A model generated the notes under the pieces. It was not told the DNA's origin and made no database searches. It was given only the letters and a program-made list of their open reading frames with translations. Shown here one piece after another: positions 34,096-45,999 of a DNA stretch of 64,000 nucleotides (within the stretch, counting starts at the first letter, position 1; the number at the start of each line of letters is the position of its first letter). This stretch comes from Carcharhinus longimanus. Taxonomy: Eukaryota. The translations under genes and the position numbers were made by a program. The stretch covers positions 49,496,940 through 49,560,939 of the forward strand of contig JASCQW010000072.1 in NCBI GenBank assembly GCA_030264375.1. The letters run 5' to 3'.

Positions 34096-37000
34096 TGTCA
34101 TGGGGGTGATGGTTGATATGGTATCACGGCAGAGTGTGATACGTGATGGTTAAGCATTGATTCAAGAGCGCAGGGCGGCAGCAGTCTGTGAGTCTGAGAG
34201 CACAGAGTGACAGTTGAATGTGATTCCAAAATCATATTCTGCAGTGGTAGAGCCCAAGCTTGCATTGCAGTGGTGGGAGAACAGTGGTAGACCCCTGACA
34301 GTTGACCCCTGACAGTTGACCCTCGGGAGTCTTTGTTGTATACAGTTCGCTTTGAATAAATAATTGAATTAATTTTCACCAAGTAATTTTAGAGCCTTAC
34401 AATTATCACACAACAATGGATTAAATCAGGACTGCAGTCACCCACTCCTGGAATCCAAGAAGAAAAACGCTGGCTACTATATAAAATAATCTCTGCAACA
34501 ACAGTAAGTAAGTAAAAACCCTTTTGGGAAAAAATGATCCTTTTGACCCAGAGATGGAACACTGGATTCAGTATATTGAAAGACTCCACTATTACTTTAC
34601 TACTAATGAAATTACAGGAGTAGACAAGTAAAAAGTCAATCTGCTTGCGCTATATGGACCTCAAGCTAATAATCTTATTAGAAATTTAACATCCCAGAAA
34701 CTGCAAATTCTAGGGCTGGAATTCTCCGGTCTCGTATGCCCTGCTACTGCTGCCAGGGAGAATGCAGAATTTGGGGCACTCAGCCAAATCTCTGTTCACA
34801 GTGCAGGACTGAAAAATCCCAATCGCAGGCCGAGGTTGAAGAATTTCAGCTTAAGGCTTTTGACCAGCTTGTAACTTTGGTAAAGAATCATTATAAGCAG
34901 AGACCATCTGTCATCATGCAGCATTTTGGGTTCAACACTTTTGTAAGGGAGACAATTACAACATATATGGCAGGACGGAGAAAATTGAGAAAATTGACAG
35001 AGCCATACAATTTTGGACCATCATTTGGTGACATGCTGCAAGACAGATTAGTTTGCAGCTTAATTAACTTAAACATTCAAAAAAAGCTATTGGCAGAGGG
35101 TAAGATTTCCTTAAAAAATGCCTGGAATTGACAGTGCAGAGTTAAAGTGCATGCATCCAGGTGGGGTGAATCAGCTCTGGTGGAAAACCTTGGCAAGTCA
35201 CAGCATTACAGAATCACAGATTACTACAGTGCAGAAGAGTCCCTTCAGCCCATTGAGTCCGCACTGATGCATGAAATGCCCTGACCTATCCAGCTAATCC
35301 CTCTTGCCAGCACTTTGCCTTGAATGTTAAGTCAGGAGGGCAGAATTGAGTGCACAGAAGAGACAGAGGCAAAACTCATTGAGTAAGGCAAGGGATAGAA
35401 GAAAAAGACAACGGTCAACAAACCAGAAATTCTGATAAATGTTATAGGTGCAGGGTAGATCACCTCCAGGAAAAAATGTAAATTCCAGAATTCTATCTAT
35501 TTTGGCTGCAATGAAAGAGACCATAATCTAATTAAGTGCTGAGCCAAATGCAATACACCTGACTTAAACAAAAAAAAACCTGGACTCCAGTGCATAATTT
35601 AGAACATGGTTTGGACAATGAATCTAAGATATACAAATCGAATCATGTAAAAAGCAGCATATTGGATCCTTAGTAAGCGAGCAACCACTAAGCATGGATA
35701 TCAATTTCTGTTACCAACATTGGGGAGCAGACATTTAAATACCTTCAAGACAAAGTTCAACCCCTAAATTTAAATAATTCAACAATTCAATTGGCCAAAT
35801 AGAAGGAGGGGAAACCTTAAAAATGTTGGGAACCGCAACTGTGTGCCAGTGACTTATCAGTACCAGTCTACTCAGCAAACGAACATTGTCGCAAGAGGCC
35901 AGGGGCCTTGTCTCATGGGACAAGATTGGTTACGTCAAATAAAACTACATTTTATGGGGTTAGGGTCTGGGGGAGACTGTTGTTGGTGCACACTCGATGG
36001 ACCGAATAGGCATGGCTCATGTCTCGTTGTGTATGTCTTAGATCTTATTTGAGCTTTGCATAACGATCCTCAATTTTTGGATATCTATCCAGCTTGGCTG
36101 CTTGATTGATAGAAAATGTTTAGTCCCCAAAAATGCAGATTGTCCTGTCCTATTCCAATATGGGGATAAAGGGAGCAGCTCTTTTAGAAAACTGTATTGG
36201 CTTAATGACTCCTGGGTGGCACTATGGCACAGTGGTTAGCACTGTTCTCACCACCTGCCCAGAGCCACCAGTGCAACAACTACAGTGTCTACACAAGTCT
36301 GTCCAATATGAACCAGGACATTCCGTGTCCAAATTGGCCTGATCGGTCATCTTTGGACACATCGCAACCAGCCTCAAAATGACGAATGGTGTCGAAGTCC
36401 TCATCGATGCTGATGGACGAACAACAACAACATAGGGATAGTTTTGTCTCATAGAATCAAAGATGGCATAGAATGGCCTGTCACTTTTGCATCAAGAACC
36501 TGAACTAATGTTGAGAGAAAATGCTCCCAGATTGAAAAAGAATGATGAGCCATCATTGACAGAGTTTAAGAATTCCATCTGTTTATTTACAGGTGTCACT
36601 TCATGTTCAAAGACTAGCCTACTCCTCTTATTGCATCATTCAGGATCCATTAATGGACTTTACTTCTAACAGCTTTCAACTACATGGTATCTAAATATTG
36701 AGTACATATGTTGTAAGCCGCCTTCCACTGCCTTGAATAATACTCCTCAGTATCAGAAGAAATATGTTAGCCATCAACTTCTTGGATACACTGCTGGTAT
36801 TGTCATTAAGATTTGGAATTGGGCTCAAGGAGACCTAGTCCTGTCCAGAATAGAGTGGATGGTTTTCCATAGATGGTACTTCGACATTTCAGAACCATTC
36901 AAACCCTTCCAACTCCACAAAGACGAACTGAGCTGTGAGGACGAAATGTTACTGTGGGATCGAGAGCAGTGGTTCCTGGCTCAACAGGAGGAGCATTGCT

Positions 37001-37228
37001 ACAGGAATTACACAATGCTCACCCAGGTCAGGGTAAAATTAAAATTCTCACACAAAGTTATACTTGATGACCAGGCACTGATAAAGATATAGAAAATCTA
37101 GTAAGCTGTTGTGATCAATGTCAATTGCAGCAAACGCTGCCTCCTACAGTTCATTTCCACCAGTGGGAGTGACTTGGCTGACCTCGGGCGCGGTTATATG
37201 TGCATTTTGCTGCTCCTTTTATGGACAC
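34096..37228 (+). mobile_element. Decayed Gypsy LTR retrotransposon (probable 5' LTR, gag, protease, integrase N-terminus) with nested insertions
   Basis: DPFDPEMEHWIQYIERL; FDQLVTLVKNHY...DMLQDRLVCSLINLNIQKKLLAE; CYRC knuckle; LMGQDWL; HKDELSCED, LLQELHNAHPG, CDQCQ (HHCC) and LYVHFAAPF. Confidence 0.9.
34712..34852. mobile_element. MITE inserted in Gypsy gag
   Basis: GGGCTGGAATTCTCC ... GAAGAATTTCAGCTT inverted ends interrupting gag. Confidence 0.6.
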
Positions 37229-38659
37229 TAGGGGCCAGATTTTCCCAATCGGAGGCTAAGTCCGGATCCAGGCATAAAACGGACCCGAGCCCGGAATCCT
37301 CGTTCCAACGCGCCCATACGCATTTTGCCGGCTCCGGTCTGGTCCACGCTGTGGGCAGGGTTTACTGCTGCCGGAATGATCAGAGCTCTGAACTGCGCAT
37401 GCGCAATTCGAGAAAAAACTGAAACAGCGTGCCTGGGCACGAAAGACAAAAAACAACAGAGAGCCGGGGTGGTGGGGGAGGGCAGGTTGGTGGTGGAGAT
37501 TCCCTCAAGTCCATACCCCCCTCCCCCCGCACAACCAGAGATCCATCTGAGCCTGTGCCTCCCCTCCTCCAGCAGACGCCAGAGGAAGGCCAGGAAGGTG
37601 CTGCAGGCTATCCAACGAGTGCTTTAGAGGGAGTTTGGGCTAGGGAAAGGGAGGTTAGCAGAAGATAGTTTCAATCTTAAGTGACAAAGAATTTCATGAG
37701 CTCTTTGTATTTGCTGTTGGAGGTGAGAGTGAAAGGGACAGTGGAGGCGGGTTTAAGAATGTGGATGTAGTAGTGGAAAGAAGCCAGATGTTATCTTTCT
37801 ATTCCCCGAAGACCCTGGAATAATGAGCAATTTTGGCAGATGAGACCAGTACCTGACAATGCTTTATGTGGTCTAGCTAGATTATAAGGCATTATTAAAT
37901 CAATTTCTATTCAAGGTCTGCAGTTCATAAATTAAAAAGAAAAATTCCAATTTTCATTACAAAACAGCGATCAAAAATAATGATATTTGCACATCATAAA
38001 TTGGGTTTGAGTATGCATCATTGCAGAAGTGATAGAATAACTTAGGACATTATTAAATGAACTGTTACAGGAGACAAATTAAAATCAATGGCGTAGCCAA
38101 AAATTTAAAACACCACTCTGTTTGTATTTGTTAACAGCCAATGTACACACACAAAGCAAATGAGCTTCCTGCAATTTTTTTATTAGGATTGGGTATTAAG
38201 TGGAAAAACACAGAGCCAGAAAATAGTTTACATTATTCCCTGACAAAACCAGAATTTTGTTGCCTTTTTAATGTTTTACTTTACATTAAAAAATGACATT
38301 GCAGTCCTCTGTGCTAAATCCAAACACAAATCAACGTTCACCCAGTGTGTTGACACTGTACTAGTGACAATACTGTTGTAGTAATTCATTTCTTTGAATA
38401 CTTTGATGGCATGTTATGTCTGATCAACGTCTCAACTGCGACATTGTGGAGTGATTACTGATATTCAAAGCCCATATTATGAGTTGCAGCTGAACCATTG
38501 CAAGGTTCACAAATGCAGCATTGATATGTAGGTATTTTATGACTCCTTATTTCATCTAGTTTCAAGATAAGTTCAAATAGTACAGAAAGAAAAACTGTGC
38601 ATAAGAGGACACAAAATAAATAGCTGATAAGAAGGACAACATTATGTATAAAAAGCATT

Positions 38660-39403
38660 TATCATGAGCAATATCAAGGGATTCACAAAATTGTTTCTGC
38701 GCAGGAGACCATTTAACCTGTTGCATCTGCACCAGCTCTTCAAATGGCCAATTCATCTAGTGCCACTTTTGCTCTTTCTCCCTGCAGCCATGCACGTTCT
38801 TCCATTTTAGATACTAACCTAATTCCCTCTTGAATTGAAGCTGTCTCCCTCACACTCAGATATTGCATCCTAGATCTTAACCACTCACCGCATGAAAAGG
38901 TTTCTCTTCACGTCATTATTGCTTATTTTGTCAATTATCTTAAAATCCACTTATCCTTGATTCCTCTATGAATGGGAATAATTTTTCCTTATCTAGTCTG
39001 TTCAGACTCCTCATGATTTTGAATACTTCTATCAACTTTCCTCTCAACCTTCTTCTCTCCAAGAGAAACAGTCCCAACTTCTCCAATTTATCTGCATAAA
39101 TAAAACTCCTCATCCCTAGAGCTATTCTTGTGAATCTTTTCTGCACTCTCTAATGCCTTCATGTCTTTCCTGCGGTGGGGTCTCCAACATTGGATTCAAT
39201 ACTCTAGTTAAGGCGAAATAAGTACTTTAATGAGTTTAACATAATCTCTTTGCTTTTGTCCTCTATGCCTCAAATCCATAAAGCCTAGGATGCTTTATAT
39301 GTCACACTCAATCTGCCCTGACACCTTCAATGTCTTATACATGCGCACACCCAGTTTCCTCTGCTTTTGCACTCCTTTTAGAACTGTTTCCTTCATTTTA
39401 TAT
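38660..39403 (-). mobile_element. CR1-like LINE 3' end
   Basis: QKRFTRIALGMRSFIYADKLEKLGLFLLERRRLRGKLIEVFKIMRSL (ORF 38940-39146) plus 3' tail. Confidence 0.9.
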
Positions 39404-40520
39404 TGTCCCGCTGCAATAAATCGAAGGCGACTCAATGAGACTTCAGAACAAAAAGGCTTTATTGCCAACACAACAATTAATCATAGATATAAATATGGTC
39501 TGACAGAATAACAACGCAACTGCACACTGCTCCTCCTCCTTGGCGCCAACTACCAATCCTCCCTGACCCAGGATACATGCCTTTGTACTCAATTAGCTAA
39601 CCTTCCCACCTCGAACATCATGGGGTCCAGCCCGAACATGTCACCCTTAGAGAACACCCCCTTAAAGGGGCCATGCTACCTACCACACTCCTTCCTCCCC
39701 TTCCCCAATTCCTGAAGTCACGTAAGGAAAAACAAAACATCATTAACATAAGCAACAATTTACAGAAAAACAGGGAAATCCCAATGGCACCTTGTCATAA
39801 GTTTAATCAATCTTGCGACTTCTAAGCTCCAGTAGAATGTTTCAACTCTGAGCTTGGTTAATCTGGAAATAAAAAATCAGGTCTGGCCGAGGCAAACGGC
39901 AAATTCATCCACCTAGGGTCTAGTTCTTCGCCGGTAGCTGCTGTATCCTCAGTTATAGAAACTACTGCATGCTCCAGTTCCACATTTAAACCTGGATCCC
40001 CATTCCCAATACAGGTGGATCTCCACGTATTGTTGGAGTCACCTGTTGATCCCTTGTATCAGGCACTACTCGCCTCCTCAGGTGCTCTACATATTTGTTG
40101 ATGTGACAGCTCTACATCATTGTATACTGGTGACCAGCCCTGCTCTTTCCATGATCTTATTAGCCACTCATGCCAGCCTTGTTGAAAAATTTCTGACCAT
40201 GACTAAATCCGCATCTTGGAAAACTCTGTGGTTATTCCTTGAGTTGTGGCTTTCTTTCTGAGAAACTTGCCTAGCCTCCACCCTCCCCACCAAATCTGGG
40301 AATATCATATCCAAACGTGTCCTTAAACGATGTCCCATTAGCAGCTGATTAATGTGACCCCCTTGTTCACATTTGGCGAATTGTTGCAAGACAACAAAAA
40401 GCTGATGATACATAAAGGTAGAGGCTTATTTACTTGTTTCTTCATTTGCACAGCAGGTTCTGCTAACCCGTTTCATACTGGGTGGTAAGTTGTTGACCCA
40501 ACACATTGAATGAGAATGCC
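39404..40520 (-). mobile_element. Gypsy integrase C-terminus with PPT and 3' LTR
   Basis: QLLMGHRLRTRLDMIFPDL...DLVMVRNF; PPT GGGGAAGGGGAGGAAGGAG (39688-39706) abutting LTR 39404-39687 (TG...CA and AATAAA on minus). Confidence 0.85.
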
Positions 40521-41369
40521 CTATTAGTTTGGTTTTTAAACATTATTTGCACAATGATCCAGAGGGTAATTCCAGCTAGCAACACCAGCTGTAAAATGTT
40601 GTAACGGAAATACTTAGTCAGCCCAAATTTCACCAGTGTCATTTCTTTCCTTTCAATTCTGGGGTCAGCAACTGCAATAACAAAGCCTCTAGAGAAACAT
40701 AGTATGGCTCACCGCAACTTTGACATTTGATTGCTACAGTGCACGCTCTGAAAGTTGCTGGGCATCTTGCCAGTACAATGACAGTGAATGCTAACAGCTT
40801 CACCACCATTATCACAGCACAATCCAGGCCAATATCTCTTTATGTGGCTCTTTGTCAAATTTGAGTTGGGAATGATACTGTGCATTTTAAGGTGTACCTT
40901 ATAGGAGGAATGAGTGATAGAAAGGAGGAGAAACTTAGGGAATGATTCTGGAGCTTAGAGTCTGAGCAGCTCAACAGCTCCCAATGGTGAGCAATTAAAA
41001 TGAGGGATGTTCAAGGGAACAGAATTAGTTGAGTGTAGATACTTCTGGATTTCACAACAGAAGGACTTTATAGAGATAGAAAGAAGTGAGGCCATGAAGG
41101 CATTTGTAAAGCATAACGCAAATTTTTAAAAATCAAGGCTGGGTAGTACATTGTCCTTCAGTCCAGTATCAATCTTGACTTTTACTGTTAATTACGCTGA
41201 GTAACGAAGATCTCACTCCTTGCTGTGATGTTGTCAACACTGTTGCAATTGAGTGTTGTTGGAGGCCTATAGCATCACTCTTTCAGTTGAATTTCAATTC
41301 ATTCACCTTAATGATGCTCCTATCCCTGGAAGATGCCATACTGCTGATGGCAGATGAGAGCTGCTGTGG

Positions 41370-42241
41370 TTAGGATTTACAGCATTTAGCAAAGTGGTTC
41401 CATTTCCTGCATTTGGTGCATCTTCTACTATATGCGAAATAAGCTGTTCTGTTCAGTGAGTGCTGATTGCTGCAGTTGGAGCAGGACACCCCTGTCCTGC
41501 AAATACTTCGGTTTCCTGCCTAAAATCTCTGCTTCGTTTCTCAGGTTATTTGTTTAACATACAGATATTGATGCTTGCTTGTAACGTTAAGTCTTTTTTT
41601 CCCAGCAGCTGCTTTGGGACTAAATCACTATCTATTTCACAAACTACTCAATCCCTGATTCGGTCTTCAGTGAGAGTTCTGAATGCAGATTTCTTTGACA
41701 ATATTTTTAGGGTGGCCATGTAAGATTGTATTGACTAATTTGCTCTTTGGCTGAAGTGGATGCTTGCCTGTCACGGATTAGCTTTTTGACCAGGAAACAA
41801 ATGTTCTCAAACTGTTTCAAGATTATCTTAGGTTCTTCTTTTTCTTCTTGCCTGGAAAACAAATGACTCAAATTTTTTGACAGTCTTGGGGTCCTCAAGG
41901 TTTAATAGGGTATAAGCCTGTACTTTCTTTGACTTGTCAGAGATAGTAAATATGCCACTCCTTCTGGGACTTTTCAAAACAAGCCGCATATTTTCATCGA
42001 AGTTGAAAGTGTCGATAAGTCTTTCTGCCAAACTGCCAACTTCTGACACTATGTAGAATGTTATGAGTTCCTTAAGTCACCGACATCAAGGACTTCCAAC
42101 AAAAGTAGTTTATTCCCAAGCTCAACAGCTATATGCAACACTTGTGCTCTGTCCAAGATCCTGGAGATAACTCCCATGCTCCTGCCATGTGACCTCTTAT
42201 GTAGCCACATCAACACGTTCTCACATGACCATTCAGCTACA
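41370..42241 (-). mobile_element. Gypsy 5' LTR, PBS and gag remnant
   Basis: LTR-like 42052-42241 (TG...CA, AATAAA); PBS TAGTGTCAGAAGTTGGC (tRNA-Leu-like) at 42035-42051; ATLKILSKKSAFRTLTEDRIRD; intact CX2CX4HX4C knuckle CTKCRKWNHFAKCC at ~41379-41420. Confidence 0.85.
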
Positions 42242-42279
42242 ATCACCATTCAAGAAAGTTCTAAAAATAGTTCTAGTTT

Positions 42280-43045
42280 GCCTGATGGCAGACAAGATGA
42301 AGCGATGGGCAGAAATATGGCCGAGTGAGTTCAAAAGTGTGAAGTGATGCCCTTGGAGAGGACGGATATAGAAAGACAATATTTTGTAAATGGCATCATG
42401 TTGGAAAGTGTGAATCAGCAGGGAGACTTTTATGTCAATGCACAAATTCTTACAAGTGGTAGGGAAAGTTGATAAGGTGATTTAAATGGCATATGGATTA
42501 CTTTGGTTTATACATAGATGAATTAAATACAAAAGCTAGAACATTATAAATGACTGGCTAGGTCTCAGCTGCAGTGCTGTGATCTATTCTGGGCACCACA
42601 CTTCAGGAAACTTGTAAAGGCTTTAGAAAGGGCACAGTGAAGATTTATCAGAATGCTAGCAGGAATCAAGGATTTCAGTTGTACGAAGAGGTTGAAACAA
42701 ATTAGGACCTTTCTCCTTGTAACTGAGAAAATTAAGGGGTGATCTAATAGAGGTTATTGGGATAATATTGGGAAAAACATTCTGCTGTCAGTGGGTCAAA
42801 AGGCTGAGATCATAGATTCAAAATCATTGGCAAAATGAGGGACTATGAGAAGAATTTAGTTCACTCAGAGCTGTCAGTATCTGGAACACTCTCTACAAAG
42901 TTGATGAAAACTGATTCCATATATAATTTTGAAAGGAAATTTGATAGGCACACGACGATGGGAAACGTTTATGGATATAGGCACAAAAAGAGGCTGTGGG
43001 ACTGAGCACAACTGTTCTGTCAGACAGATAGTACAGACATGTGGT
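42280..43045 (+). mobile_element. CR1-like LINE 3' fragment
   Basis: TTCTGGGCACCACACTTCAGGAAA (FWAPHFRK), GCTTTAGAAAGGGCACAG, GGGGTGATCTAATAGAGGT. Confidence 0.8.
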
Positions 43046-45999
43046 GGAGTTTAATAACCCCCTTGTGGGCCCTTCCCATCAAGATCTGCTGGCATCTTCA
43101 CTCTCAGCAATGGCTGCTGCCAATAATGCTCTCGAGATTGACTCTGGACCCCTTGATTCAGGTGAAAAATGTAGTAGAAGTAAGTTGCTGGAGTCTGAGG
43201 GGGTAGGGGGGTTGGGTAGGGCGTCGTTGGGGCAGGGAATGGTTTTCAAATGGCCCCGTCTTCCCAATGGTGAATCCCTCGATTCACAGAGCGCCTGACA
43301 ATAAGGGGACGCACGTCCCCAGCCCACTCCAGTAGCTGCTGGCAAACCCAGTAGGGTGTGCAGGGCAGCCTTTCAGATATACAGGAAAGCAATGCAACTT
43401 CCATTTGGTCCCTTATCCACCAAATTCCAGCGGTTTCTGGATAACTGGTGTCAATTGGCTCACTAGCAAGCCTAACTGACATTGCATTGTCAGCAGTTAA
43501 GTTTTCCACATGGTCTTTCCAGTCTCTGATTTAATCACAGAAGGTTTTTTTTTGTCTCTGGAAGACTGACATATGGTGTAGAATTTTCCCCAAAAATGAC
43601 TAAGGGCCCAATTGTCCTGTTTTGAGACTAAGTGCTCCCGCTAGAGNNNNNNNNNNGTGATTCGCACTTCCGCTGGAAGCAGTGTCCACAAGCTGCCCTG
43701 CCTATTTAAATGTGCTAGCCGGCCTCACATGAAACACGCAAATTCTCTGCTTCCAGCAGCGTTAATTTTCTGGAGTTGGGAATCACCTCAATGAGCAACA
43801 AGTAAACTCAAAGGGCTGGATTAAGTTCCACCCAACAGGTTAAATAGCCACCTAGGCGCAAGTTTCTATGATTCAATGATGATGATGTAACCAGACTTAG
43901 TTCCATGTAGGCTTCACGTGATATTTTATAGCAGCATTCAAATCTGGATCAACAAACTCTAGTTCACAGTTAGTAGATTATCTTTAACACTAATCTCTGA
44001 CTTCTATACTTGGAGCTTTGAGGTCATATTTTACCTCAATATTATGTACACAGCAAGTGAAACATTACTGTTGCATTATTGCAATCCACATTTCTCAAAG
44101 GCTAGGAATCTTTCTAGCTCTGTATAGCTTTTACACAGGCGTGCCAATAGTTTAGGCCTGCAGTTGAATGGATAGATTAGATAATAATAACTAAAAGAGC
44201 ACAGAGTTCTTGTGGCGTCCAGATTTCTAAGTGTGATGTTGTTCCCAGGTGCAGAATCTATTTTTGTAAGAACTTAATCAATATTATTTTGGCTTTCACC
44301 CAGAAGCTGTCTTACTTGTGGTAGAAATATTCTGAAACAAAGGGCAAAAATGGAATGGTAAAGGGCTAACATAGTACTCAGAAAGATGATAGTCCCTCAC
44401 TGTAATATTTTTGGAATGGATAGCCTTTAAATCTGTATGTTGTTAATGCCACTCCCTACCCTCATTAGAGGAGTAACTATATAAAAACACATGCTTAGCA
44501 TACTGAAAGTAGTATATGCTTTATATTTTACCAAATACACTGAAAATTAAAAGAAAAATATGCCAATCCCAATAAATATAAATAATATATAGGGTAAAAA
44601 ATGTCTTGAGCACATAGTGCTTTGTGTCTAAAGGTAACTTCGCTGCAACTTTCCAAACACAATTGAAGCAAAATTTATGTATGTAGATATCAACTAATAG
44701 AATGCAAAAAAAGCTATGAACATTTTTCACTTTGCATTTTTGTAGTATTTTTCAACAGCCATTTAACTTCAAATATCAACAGTATATCATACATTATGCC
44801 TCTAACCCTGAACCAATTTGGATAAATAAAGTCCCTACTGTGGCTAGTTGTACAGCAAAAACATCATCAGTGAGGATTAAACCATCTCCTAATGTCCTCA
44901 AACAGTAATTTTATTGTTCAAAAAAGCACAAAGTGAGCTGATAGCATCAGATCTGGTATGTACTTTAATTACAACGACTTTCCCATAAATATGTATGCAT
45001 CAGTGATTAGTCCATTCAGGAATTAAAGTCATCCATCATGGTTCAGAATGGAAATCAGTATTGTGAGGCCCACTGGGGCATGACATAGTTTACACAAGGT
45101 TATTTTAACTTGTGGTCCACTTGATCTTTGGTCTGACCCCCAGCTGTCAAAAAAACAACCATTCCATTGGAAAACTGAAGTGACTTTGTATTTAAGAGAA
45201 CAGCTTATTTTTTGTTTCCACTAACTAGTGGATAGGATGGAATTTTAAAAATGCAGTTGTGAAACAGAAAAGAACATCCATTCTCTCCTGTTAAATCATG
45301 CTTAATATTAACTCAAGCAATCCTATCAGGACAGTTGGATGCATATTAGAAGGGAAAAGGCTAGCTACTAAAATGGAAACAGTTAAATTTTATACCCACA
45401 AGTAGATTTCATGTTACAAGGATTACAAAGACAAAGACTGGATTCAATATTGCTGGATTTAAAAATTCAAATATATCAGAAATCATGGAATCTGTCATCC
45501 CATCTTGCCTTAGCTGATTCTTTGAAAGAGATTTCTGATTAGTAATACTCTCCTGTCTAGTCCTTAGTGTCTTGAATATTTTCCTTTTCTTCAAGTAGAT
45601 ATTCAATTTATTTTTGAAACCTGCTATCAATCTGAAATTACAAAGGGAGGGATTGAATGTCTAATGATGCTTGATGGGCTGTAGTGGTTCATTATTTGTG
45701 ATGCCATTGAATTTAATAATGGCACTGCATATTGAGACGGGAAAGTGATCTCATTTATTCAACTTACATTGCCATTTTTACCATATATTGAGGATTTACG
45801 TAAGAGGTTTAATTTGTGTAAACACTCAATTCACATTGTTTTTTTGAATGAACTGAGAAGAAGAGCCAACCTTTCTGGTATCCTCCCCAAACGGTTCAAC
45901 AAGGAAGGGTGAATGTTACTATAAAACATAGATGCAAGTGGTTATTTTCCAACATAAGGTGGAAAATCCATAATTAAGAATGATTGAAGAGAAAAAAAA

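Noticed and set aside
39404-42241. Treating the integrase/3' LTR (39404-40520) and gag/5' LTR (41370-42241) as one element
   Set aside because: Order and strand fit, but the two LTRs share only a weak patch near AATAAA and differ in length; kept as two remnants.
41707-42249. Protein-like minus-strand ORFs as a possible host gene
   Set aside because: Explained as frameshifted Gypsy gag plus LTR.
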